Below are positions 10,412-19,044 of a DNA stretch of 64,000 nucleotides, piece after piece. The notes below the pieces were generated by a model, which was not told the DNA's origin, did no database searches, and was given only the letters and a program-made list of their open reading frames with translations. This DNA is from Candidatus Babeliales bacterium (GTDB lineage: Bacteria > Babelota > Babeliae > Babelales > JBFXEV01): positions 809,994 through 873,993 of the forward strand of contig JBFXEV010000001.1 of assembly GCA_050179755.1 (NCBI GenBank). Direction: 5' to 3'. The position numbers and the translations under genes were made by a program. How positions within the stretch are numbered: the first letter of the stretch is position 1; the number at the start of each line of letters is the position of its first letter.

Positions 10412-11038
10412 ATGGTGAGAACCGTAAAAAAGCCTGAAGATCGCAAAGTAGAAATTATAAGTGCGGCTCGGCATTTATTTGAGCTTAAGGGGTATGATAA
10501 AGTTACCATGCAAGATGTCATGGGCTTTTTGGGCGTAGCCAAGGGTACTATTTATCATTACTTCAAATCAAAAGAAGAGCTTTTTGAGGCGGTAATAGAA
10601 GACATTGTGGATACTAGTATTGAGCGCATGCAAATTCTTTTGCAAGAAGCAACTGGAACTGCATTAGAAAAAATGCAAATGCTGATAGCAGCTGGCAATA
10701 TAAGTGTGGAACATGAGAAGCTATTGGGCGCCCTCCATGCGCGTAATGATGTTATGCATGCACGACTTCTTGCTCGTGCAGTAACAAAACAAGCTGTTGT
10801 GTATGCGCAAGTAATTGAGCAAGGTTGTAAAGAAGGCGTTTTCCAAACAGAGTCGCCGCAAGAAGTAGCAGAGTTTATGCTATCAGGTGTTCAGTTTCTC
10901 ATTGATAAGGGCATTTACCCTTGGACGCATGAAGATCTTGTGCGTAGAGCAAATGCCTTTCCAGGGATACTTGAAAATCTTTTGAAGGCGCCAAAAGGAT
11001 CATTTGATTTTTTACCTAATTTGTTAAACAGTAACTAA
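10412..11038 (+). CDS. TetR/AcrR-family transcriptional regulator
   Basis: N-terminal HTH GYDKVTMQDV...GVAKGTIYHYFKSKEEL; GGAG RBS. Confidence 0.95.
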   Translation: MVRTVKKPEDRKVEIISAARHLFELKGYDKVTMQDVMGFLGVAKGTIYHYFKSKEELFEAVIEDIVDTSIERMQILLQEATGTALEKMQMLIAAGNISVEHEKLLGALHARNDVMHARLLARAVTKQAVVYAQVIEQGCKEGVFQTESPQEVAEFMLSGVQFLIDKGIYPWTHEDLVRRANAFPGILENLLKAPKGSFDFLPNLLNSN

Positions 11039-11047
11039 GGATATTAC

Positions 11048-11866
11048 ATGTTAAAGACGTATACATATAAACCATTATCATTCTTTTTAACCGCGTTTAC
11101 TATAAGTTGGGCGCTGTGGGCTTGTGCAATTTATGTAAGTTGGCAGCCAACAATGCAATCTCTTTTAATGCCATTAGTTCTTGGCGGTATTGCAGGCCCT
11201 GCACTAGCTTCATTATTCATCTTAATCAAATCACAGAATAAAGAATTGTGGCATGATTTTATTGAGCGGTTACGGCCGGGTAGGATTACAAAGAAGTTTA
11301 TTCCTGTTGTATTGTTCTTATTTCCGTGCCAAATAATACTTGCAATAGCAATATCTTTATTGTTTGGTCAATCGGCAGATCAATTTGGCCTGAGCACACA
11401 GTCTTCTGACCAAGTGTTGCAAGGAATCAATGCTTTGATGATTATAGTGGTGGTATTTCTTGTGGGTCCGCTTGAAGAGTTAGGTTGGCGCGGGTATGGT
11501 ATTGATAGCTTAAAAACAAAATTCAGTCTCTTTAAAGCGTCTTTACTTTTAGGCGTTATTTGGGGCGCTTGGCACGTGCCGCTCTTCTTGATAAAGAATG
11601 GTGCCTATCAAGAGATATGGAGTTTAGGTTTAGTGCATACGTCACTGTATTTTGTTGATTTAGTGCTGCTTACCATAATCAACAATTGGTTATATTATAA
11701 AAATAATCGAAGTATCTTAGTTGCAATTATGTTTCATAGTATTTTAGATATTTGCATGAGCATTTTTCATATAACGCCAGTTACCTGGATTATTCTTACG
11801 TTCATTTTACTCTTTACATCAATTATTATCATTAGGAAAGATAAAGAGCTATTTTTTAATAAATGA
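11048..11866 (+). CDS. CPBP intramembrane metalloprotease, paralog of 9574..10389
   Basis: EELGWRGYG, WHVP, NWLYYKNNRS and HSILD motifs. Confidence 0.9.
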   Translation: MLKTYTYKPLSFFLTAFTISWALWACAIYVSWQPTMQSLLMPLVLGGIAGPALASLFILIKSQNKELWHDFIERLRPGRITKKFIPVVLFLFPCQIILAIAISLLFGQSADQFGLSTQSSDQVLQGINALMIIVVVFLVGPLEELGWRGYGIDSLKTKFSLFKASLLLGVIWGAWHVPLFLIKNGAYQEIWSLGLVHTSLYFVDLVLLTIINNWLYYKNNRSILVAIMFHSILDICMSIFHITPVTWIILTFILLFTSIIIIRKDKELFFNK

Positions 11867-12016
11867 TTTTTAAGCAAAAACGTTTGGTTTAGAAAAGCTG
11901 TTATTTTGGTTTAAAAAAATAACTCAGTAATATGGCATATTTCTGTGCGTTTTGCGCTGGTAATCACTGTGGAGTAGCTTCTATAGCATTACAAAGTGTG
12001 AATATGAGTCTAAAGT

Positions 12017-12793
12017 TCAAAGCGTAGCCTTTTTTGTAGCTTTTACGATATACGTAGGATTTCCAAAGGTATACCGTGGGCCAAGCCGTTCCACATTATT
12101 AAAATTATGTGTCTTAAAAAATGCTTCATATTCCTGCCAAGTATCAATATCCATAAGAGCTACCGCACCGCCCGGCTTGAGTACCCGCATGATCTCCAAA
12201 AGTGCCTTCTTTCGTTCATGCTCTCCAGAAATATTATGAAGAGCCCAACTTGATATGATAATATCAAAGCTATCCGTATTAAATGGCATCTTGCGTGCAT
12301 CAGCGGTAATAACTTCAATGCGATTCGATACGCCTTCTAACTGGGCATTCTCAAGTGTAGCTGCCGCATTGTTTTGGGTTTGGTCATCGATGCACCAAAT
12401 ATCAATGCCTGTGGCTTTGCCCGTTTTTAATTTTTTGGCAGCACTTAGGAGTAATAATCCTCGACCACACCCTACATCAAGAATTTGTTCATCACCCTGA
12501 ATAGTTATTAAGCTTAATAACCAATCACGTTCTCTGAATTTCAGTTTACGGCTTCCATACATAATGGTCATTACTGGGTAGAGCATGCTCAACGCGCTCA
12601 ATAACAATGCACCGATAATAAGCCAACTGATTATGGGATACGTTGTATGTAAAGCATAATGTGCTATAACAGAGCATAGTATTAGTACAACACTCATTAT
12701 GCTACACATGCGTATAACTTTGGGGGCGTCATAGCCATAATCTGGTTTATTTAGCTTTGCCATATATTCCTTATTGTGTTGAATAATATTCAT
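12017..12793 (-). CDS. Class I SAM-dependent methyltransferase with N-terminal TM helices
   Basis: ILDVGCGRG, FDIIIS and RVLKPGG motifs. Confidence 0.9.
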   Translation of the reverse strand: MNIIQHNKEYMAKLNKPDYGYDAPKVIRMCSIMSVVLILCSVIAHYALHTTYPIISWLIIGALLLSALSMLYPVMTIMYGSRKLKFRERDWLLSLITIQGDEQILDVGCGRGLLLLSAAKKLKTGKATGIDIWCIDDQTQNNAAATLENAQLEGVSNRIEVITADARKMPFNTDSFDIIISSWALHNISGEHERKKALLEIMRVLKPGGAVALMDIDTWQEYEAFFKTHNFNNVERLGPRYTFGNPTYIVKATKKATL

Positions 12794-13065
12794 AATATAG
12801 CATTTTATGACTTTTTACTACTGTTTTTTTAGTGCAATTAGAAAGAACGTTTTGGGTGAACAAGATCAGCCATTGGAGCAATAATAATAATAATTTCATG
12901 ATGCTTTTTCCAAAATTGCTTGATCTTGATAGTATATTAATACTACAGTGAATAGTGGGGCTTTCTATTGATATTGGGAAATGTTGGGTAAGCATGATCT
13001 TAAATAACCTTTATCCGAATCTGTACAGAGACGGATCCATTTGAATAGACGTATAGGGATATATT

Positions 13066-14868
13066 TTGCGCATCGCAACCATTATTGTTTTAATTATTAC
13101 ACTGTTGAGTGGCCTCTATTTTTTTAGGAAATTGCATATGCAATCACATGATAATTCTTTAAGCACTGGAGTAATCCAGGTAGATCAGTTTCAGCTGGGG
13201 TACCAAGTTATTGGTCAAGGAAAGCCAGCACTTGTTATTGGCAGCGCGATTTTTTATCCTCGAACATTTTCTAAAGATTTGGCAGAGCACTTACGCATGT
13301 ATTTTATTGATCATGCAGGGTTTGCACCAGTTCCCGCAGAATCTATTGATAATTCCCGCTTTGATCTTGATCATTTAATCAATGATATTGAAACAATGCG
13401 TAAAGCGCTTGATCTTGATAAGTTTATTATCATTGGGCATTCAGGGCATGGGTATTTAGCGCTTGAGTATGCAAAGCGTTATCCGCAGCATGTAACCGAA
13501 GTTATTATGATAGCCACTGCGCCTAATTTAAGCCCGGCAATACATCAGGCTGCCGATGACTATTTTAATCAAACGGCGACTGCTGAACGTAAGCAATTTC
13601 TTGAGCACAATCTAGCGAAGCTTCCACAAGAACTCGCAGCGCATCGAGAAAGAAGATTTGCGATTGTCTTGCAACTCCTGGGCGCACGCAGTTGGTTTGA
13701 TTACCGCTATGATGCAGCGCCTCTTTGGCAAGATGTATTTATGAACATGCATGCCATTGATTATATGTGGGGCGTTGTATTTCGTGATATTGATATTACA
13801 AAAGGTTTAGAAAAATTTGAAATACCGGTGTTATTAGTGCTTGGCAACTATGATTTTTTAATACCAGAATCAAGAGTGTGGGATTCTTATAAACCTAAAT
13901 TTAAGGATTTAACCGTGCATGTGCTTGAGCAAAGTGGGCATACGCCGCAACTTGAGCAACCGGAGTTATTTGATAAGATCGTGCTTGAATGGTTGCAAGA
14001 AAAAGAACAATTGAATGGACAACTTACGCGGGAGCGTCTTGTTAACAACAATGGTGTAACACTTTGGGCTCAAAGTTTTGGTAACCCTAAAAATCCTGCC
14101 ATCTTGTTAATTTCTGGCGCTGGAGCGCCTGCTGCCTTTTGGACCCCAGAATTTATTAAGCATTTTGTTGATAATAATTATTTTGTGATTCGTTTTGATA
14201 ATCGCGATACTGGTTTATCTTCTGCAATTGATTATGAGAAAGCGCCTTACACTGCATTAGATTTGGCGAGTGATGCAATTGCTATTTTGGATGCCTATCA
14301 TATAAAAAAAGCACATGTGGTGGGTCATTCAATGGGGGGACTTATTGCGCAACTACTCGCTATTTATTACCCGGAACACATTTTGAGCATTCATTCACTA
14401 TCAATGGGCACTGTTGGCGGCATTGGTGCGCCACCGCAAGAAGTGATGCAAGTGCTTATGGCAAATAAACCCACACAAAATTTTCAAGAAAGTTTGCCAG
14501 GTTTTATGAAGTCGTGGCAAATTTTAAATGGTGATTTGCCTTTTGATAATGCATTAGCTACTGAATATACGCGCGATATGTACGTTCGCTCACATCATCC
14601 GGTAGGCGTTGCATGGAATCACATTAAAGCACAAGAAGGATTTGCTGATTTAAAGAAAGAATTGGCGTCCATTAAAGTGCCGGCATTTTTTATTCACGGA
14701 GAAAAAGATCCACTTATCCCCGTGCAAGCTGGTATTGCTACAGCTCAGGCAATTCCAAATAGCAAAATGGTTGTTGTTCATAGTATGGGGCATATGATGT
14801 TTAATAGAGATTTAGAACATGATATTGCCAACATTATACTAGATAATTTACAATCCGTTAAAGATTGA
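13066..14868 (+). CDS. Tandem double alpha/beta-hydrolase with N-terminal anchor
   Basis: Two hydrolase domains: GHSGHG...SGHTP and GHSMGG...HGEKD...MGH. Confidence 0.88.
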   Translation: MRIATIIVLIITLLSGLYFFRKLHMQSHDNSLSTGVIQVDQFQLGYQVIGQGKPALVIGSAIFYPRTFSKDLAEHLRMYFIDHAGFAPVPAESIDNSRFDLDHLINDIETMRKALDLDKFIIIGHSGHGYLALEYAKRYPQHVTEVIMIATAPNLSPAIHQAADDYFNQTATAERKQFLEHNLAKLPQELAAHRERRFAIVLQLLGARSWFDYRYDAAPLWQDVFMNMHAIDYMWGVVFRDIDITKGLEKFEIPVLLVLGNYDFLIPESRVWDSYKPKFKDLTVHVLEQSGHTPQLEQPELFDKIVLEWLQEKEQLNGQLTRERLVNNNGVTLWAQSFGNPKNPAILLISGAGAPAAFWTPEFIKHFVDNNYFVIRFDNRDTGLSSAIDYEKAPYTALDLASDAIAILDAYHIKKAHVVGHSMGGLIAQLLAIYYPEHILSIHSLSMGTVGGIGAPPQEVMQVLMANKPTQNFQESLPGFMKSWQILNGDLPFDNALATEYTRDMYVRSHHPVGVAWNHIKAQEGFADLKKELASIKVPAFFIHGEKDPLIPVQAGIATAQAIPNSKMVVVHSMGHMMFNRDLEHDIANIILDNLQSVKD

Positions 14869-14881
14869 TTTTTTGTGTCTT

Positions 14882-14927
14882 AAACCTTAAGAAGCTCTAC
14901 ACGTAAATATAGAGCTTCTTAAGGTTT
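14882..14927. terminator. Bidirectional terminator
   Basis: AAACCTTAAGAAGCTCTA / TAGAGCTTCTTAAGGTTT inverted repeat between convergent genes. Confidence 0.75.
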
Positions 14928-15302
14928 TTACTGCTTTGAGCCAAAAAGTTTATTATACCAGCTTGTATCTGCGGCTTGTTGTTCTTCATATCGTTTTTTT
15001 AGATATGAGAATGATTGTTCTGCATTAGCATCTTCAACACGCATTGGATAAACAAAACGAGTTCCTGGCGTTTGTTGCATCTTAGTTTGTGCACCCCAAA
15101 ATTTGCCTGTTTTTTTATTGTGACATGCAATATCTGGGCCTTCTGGGCTCGCAGGTAGGCTATAACATTCTTCAAATTCGCTGAATTGTGTGCGTTCAAC
15201 TTTAGTTTTTGCTGGTTTTTTTTCCATAGCATTTGCTGTGTTCATAGCCTGCATTACTAAAGCAATCGCAAATAGTGCAAATATATTTTTTACTGTAGAC
15301 AT
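14928..15302 (-). CDS. Small secreted hypothetical protein, paralog of 15342 gene
   Basis: Signal peptide ...NTANA-M; shares ECY...IAC and F..LK..Y.QQQ with the neighbour. Confidence 0.8.
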   Translation of the reverse strand: MSTVKNIFALFAIALVMQAMNTANAMEKKPAKTKVERTQFSEFEECYSLPASPEGPDIACHNKKTGKFWGAQTKMQQTPGTRFVYPMRVEDANAEQSFSYLKKRYEEQQAADTSWYNKLFGSKQ

Positions 15303-15341
15303 AACATCTTCTCTATGTGGTTTATAAGCGATTTATCTTGC

Positions 15342-15698
15342 TTATTTGTTTAGTTTTTCTTGTTGTTGTGCATACTGATTTTTTAAATCCATAAACGTGG
15401 CGTAGTTTGCATCTTGATCGAACTTACCATCATGAGTTTGCTTAGTTACACCAGTTTTAGGATCTTGTGTTGTTCGCGTTACATCGAAGAAACCTTGACT
15501 TCCCTTAGGTTGGGTTTTAAAAAAACAAGCAGCTATTTCACCATTGCCACGTTGCTTTTCTCCAAGGTAATAACATTCATGCAATGCAGACATCTTGCGT
15601 CGAATTGCAGCTTGGTCATCCATAGCATTTGCTGTCTTCATAACCTGCATTACTAAAGCAATCGCAAAAACTGCGAATATATTTTTTACTGTATACAT
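15342..15698 (-). CDS. Small secreted hypothetical protein (ORF track starts it at 15728)
   Basis: GGAG RBS before ATG 15698; MYTVKNIFAVFAIALVMQVMKTANA-MDD. Confidence 0.8.
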   Translation of the reverse strand: MYTVKNIFAVFAIALVMQVMKTANAMDDQAAIRRKMSALHECYYLGEKQRGNGEIAACFFKTQPKGSQGFFDVTRTTQDPKTGVTKQTHDGKFDQDANYATFMDLKNQYAQQQEKLNK

Positions 15699-15973
15699 AA
15701 CATCTCCTTTATGTGGTTTAGAAGCCATTTTTAGCCTATTTTCTTTAATTTTAGTATACCTTAAAATAGCCTGCCAATGCTAGAGTACAGGTTTGGTTCT
15801 CGGGAGGTTTTATGAATCTGGCTTTTATTGCGGCTATTAATAATTTACAGGTTTGTACACCTGCAGAAGGTGGTTTTAAAGTTATCTGGGCAGCAAATGT
15901 TGACATTTCTATGAAAATATATACAATTAGAAATAAATATTATGAATTGTCCTATTATCCAGGAGGTTAGTCC

Positions 15974-17116
15974 ATGAGCGTTTCTAAGCAAATTACCCTC
16001 GTTCTATCTCTGTTCTGTGTAACATTGCCTATTTGTGCTATGCATTCTGATATAGTAAATAAACAACAATTAGATAGGGAATTGCTTGCTGCAGTTAGGT
16101 CAGATTTTGCTGAAGAAGTAAGGGCGTTATTAGAGCGTGGTGCTGATATAGAATGTCGAGATGTACTGAGTGATTGTACCCCTTTGCACATTGCTGCTGA
16201 AAATGGGCATACAAAAACAGTTAAGGAACTTTTATCTAAAGGAGCTTATCTTGAAGCACTAGATGCGCAAGAGAGTGCGACGCCATTGCATAAAGCTGTG
16301 GCAAAAGGTCATATAGAAACAATTAGTGAGCTTTTAGCGGCAGGAGCAAGAACGGAAGCACGCGATATTCTTTTTAGGACGCCTTTGCAGCTAGCTGTTC
16401 TTGGCGATGATGCAGAATCAGTTACATTGCTTTTGTCGCATGGTGCGGATAAAGAAGCAAGGCAAGCGGGTGGTATAACTTCGTTGCATAGTGCTGTCCG
16501 TCGTAATCACAAAGGTGTGCTTAAAGCATTATTAGATGCAGGTGCAGATCGCGGCGCTAAAGATCAATTTCATAGGATACCGTTATGCTTTGCTCTTGAT
16601 TTTGAAGCATCAGGTGACGTAGAAACAATCAGAATGCTTTTGCATCATCCACAATGTTCTATAAAAGGTAGTAAGCAAGCTTCAAGAAAGAGAATATTTG
16701 CTGCGCTTTGCTGCTTTGCCAGAAATCTGGTTCCTCATGATGTTCAATTAAAGTTGTTGTCTTACATGCCTGAAGATACCCTCAATCAAGAACACGCACG
16801 GTTACTATTAAATTGTGAGACAAATATTGAAGAATTGGCAGCATATTGTCCATTGGAATGGTTTGTAGCAATGTATCAAGATAAAAAATATAAGGAAGAA
16901 TTTTTGGAGAAAATAGTTGCTGCTGTTGTTACGCATAGACTGAGCATTGTGAGACATATGGTTGCTGATGCGCAAGTTCAGCGGTTAGTTCAATCGCATA
17001 ATCCAATAGTGCGTGCGTTGCTTGATCCTCACAACGTTGAGCAGCATCGAGAAGCTATTGCAGCTAATGTGCGAACAGCATTTGTGCGTAAAGAAATGAA
17101 TGTGCATGGAAAATAA
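15974..17116 (+). CDS. Secreted ankyrin-repeat protein
   Basis: AGGAGG RBS; signal peptide; TPLHIAAENGH, TPLHKAV and TPLQLAV repeats. Confidence 0.9.
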   Translation: MSVSKQITLVLSLFCVTLPICAMHSDIVNKQQLDRELLAAVRSDFAEEVRALLERGADIECRDVLSDCTPLHIAAENGHTKTVKELLSKGAYLEALDAQESATPLHKAVAKGHIETISELLAAGARTEARDILFRTPLQLAVLGDDAESVTLLLSHGADKEARQAGGITSLHSAVRRNHKGVLKALLDAGADRGAKDQFHRIPLCFALDFEASGDVETIRMLLHHPQCSIKGSKQASRKRIFAALCCFARNLVPHDVQLKLLSYMPEDTLNQEHARLLLNCETNIEELAAYCPLEWFVAMYQDKKYKEEFLEKIVAAVVTHRLSIVRHMVADAQVQRLVQSHNPIVRALLDPHNVEQHREAIAANVRTAFVRKEMNVHGK

Positions 17117-18437
17117 AAAAAATAATTGGAAATTAATGACTAAGCTGAAAAAAATTGCCCTTGGTTTGTATACGGCATGTGCCGTTTCGTCTTTACAGTG
17201 TATGGATCTGAAAGAAGCATCAGGTTTTCAAGATGTGCCTACTCTGAATGAGCAACTAATAAAATATATTCTTAAGCATGCAAATCGCTATTCTGGTGCA
17301 GAGATTGCACGTCTGCCAAAAGAAGTAAGTACTTCTCTTTTGCATACATTTGCAACAAATATTTGGGGGGCAATAATGATCAAGCAATTTATTGTCTCTC
17401 AAAACCCACGAGATACTGTTGAGGCGCTTTGGCTAACCTCTTGCATGAAAGATATAAAACATAATAATAAAATTATCGTAGCCCATCGAAACCATACTCT
17501 TTCTATTTGGGATATGGAAGGAAATCAGCTTGGAGCTTGTGTTGGCCACAGAGAGACTGTTAGTTCAGTGTGTGTGACTCAAGATGGTATTATTATTTCA
17601 GGCGCTTGGGATGGAACAATTTGCTTATGGGATATGGAAGGTACTTGTATTGGCGAGTGTACTGGGCATACTGGCCCGGTAATGTCAGTGTGCGTATCTT
17701 GCGATAATAATATTATTTCGGGCTCTCTAGATAAAACTGTGCGTATCTGGAATATGAATGGGAATCTCCTTAAAACGTTGCGAGGACATAAAGCTGGCGT
17801 ACTGTCTGTTTCTTTATCGCAAGATAATAAAATTGTCTCAGGCTCAGAAGATAAAACGGTACGTATATGGAGTAACGACGGTGCTATGATTGCAAAATGT
17901 AAAGGCCATCTCTCGCGAGTCTTGGCTGTGTGCATGACCAATGATAATAAAATTGTTTCGAGTTCAGAAGATGGCCAAGTCCTATTATGGAATATAGAAG
18001 GTAATAGAATTGGTATATGTAAAGGTTTTTTGCATCGCAGGGGCTTTGGGCAGGCACCAGAATGGGTAAGTCATTGTGGCAAAGTTTTTGCGATTGCTGT
18101 AACAAAAGGTAATAAAATTATTACTGGTTCTCAAGACGATGGCATAAAGATATGGGATCCAGATGGAAATCATGTGGCAGCTATTCAAAGGGGCCATACA
18201 GATATCGTGAAAGCAGTTGCTGCTTTGCAAGATACAAAATTTGTTTCAGGATCTTTTGATGGTACGATCTGTATATGGGATATGGATCTTAATTGTTTGG
18301 ATAATATAGATCAGCTACAAGTGTGTGTCGCATGGCATTTTTTGAAAGATTTAACATATAAGTTAACATATAAAAAGATGGATTTAGAAGCTTGCTGGAA
18401 CCAGTTTAAAGCTATTGTTAATCCTATGATGTTTTAA
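17100..18437 (+). CDS. Secreted WD40-repeat protein (start likely MTKLKK near 17136)
   Basis: Repeated GH...V.SV....IISGS.D.T..IWD units; signal peptide ...SSLQC-MD. Confidence 0.92.
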   Translation: MCMENKKNNWKLMTKLKKIALGLYTACAVSSLQCMDLKEASGFQDVPTLNEQLIKYILKHANRYSGAEIARLPKEVSTSLLHTFATNIWGAIMIKQFIVSQNPRDTVEALWLTSCMKDIKHNNKIIVAHRNHTLSIWDMEGNQLGACVGHRETVSSVCVTQDGIIISGAWDGTICLWDMEGTCIGECTGHTGPVMSVCVSCDNNIISGSLDKTVRIWNMNGNLLKTLRGHKAGVLSVSLSQDNKIVSGSEDKTVRIWSNDGAMIAKCKGHLSRVLAVCMTNDNKIVSSSEDGQVLLWNIEGNRIGICKGFLHRRGFGQAPEWVSHCGKVFAIAVTKGNKIITGSQDDGIKIWDPDGNHVAAIQRGHTDIVKAVAALQDTKFVSGSFDGTICIWDMDLNCLDNIDQLQVCVAWHFLKDLTYKLTYKKMDLEACWNQFKAIVNPMMF

Positions 18438-18475
18438 TTAAAGAAGCTCTATACATGAATATAGAGCTTCTTTAA
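18438..18475. terminator. Hairpin terminator, copy of the one at 14882
   Basis: TTAAAGAAGCTCTATA / TATAGAGCTTCTTTAA. Confidence 0.7.
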
Positions 18476-18510
18476 CATTTTTTACTGCTTTGAACTAAAA
18501 AGCTTAATAC

Positions 18511-18857
18511 TTATTTGTTTAGTTTTTCTTGCTGCTGTGCATACTAATTTTTAAAATCCATAAAAGTGGCGAAATTTGCATCTTGATCAAACTTACCATC
18601 ATGAGTTTGCTTAGTTCAGTTTTAGGATCTTGTACGGTTCACGTTATATCGAAGCAACCTTGCCTGTCCTTAGGTTGAGTTTTAAAAACAAGCAGCTATT
18701 TCATCATTGCCACGCTGCTTATGTCCAAGATAATAACATTCATGCAAAAGCAGACATTTTTCGTCGAATTGCAGCTTGGTCATCCATAGCATTTGCTGAT
18801 AATTTGCATTACGAAAGCAATTGCAAACACTGAAAATACATTTTTTATTGTAGACAT
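18511..18857 (-). pseudogene. Degraded copy of the 15342..15698 gene
   Basis: Collinear high DNA similarity to 15342-15698 with small deletions and a CAG-to-TAG change near 18545. Confidence 0.85.
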
Positions 18858-19044
18858 AACATCTTCTTTATCTAGTTTACAAGCCATTTTTAATCTATTT
18901 TTTCATTATACCTTAATAGACTGCCAAAGCTAAAGTAAAGACTTGCCCGGACATATTTATATGTAATATTGCTATTTGTAATGCTCATTTTCTATACTTA
19001 TATAGAGGAGAAAGTCCTTAAGTAACTTATAAAAAGGATCAAAG

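Noticed and set aside
12771..12995. 74 aa ORF upstream of the methyltransferase
   Set aside because: No motif or clear RBS; it may be a gene remnant but I cannot support a call.
18630..18833. 67 aa + strand ORF
   Set aside because: It is antisense to the 18511-18857 pseudogene.
15342..18857. Diversity-generating retroelement template/variable repeat pair
   Set aside because: The differences include indels and non-adenine changes, and there is no reverse transcriptase; ordinary pseudogene decay explains it.
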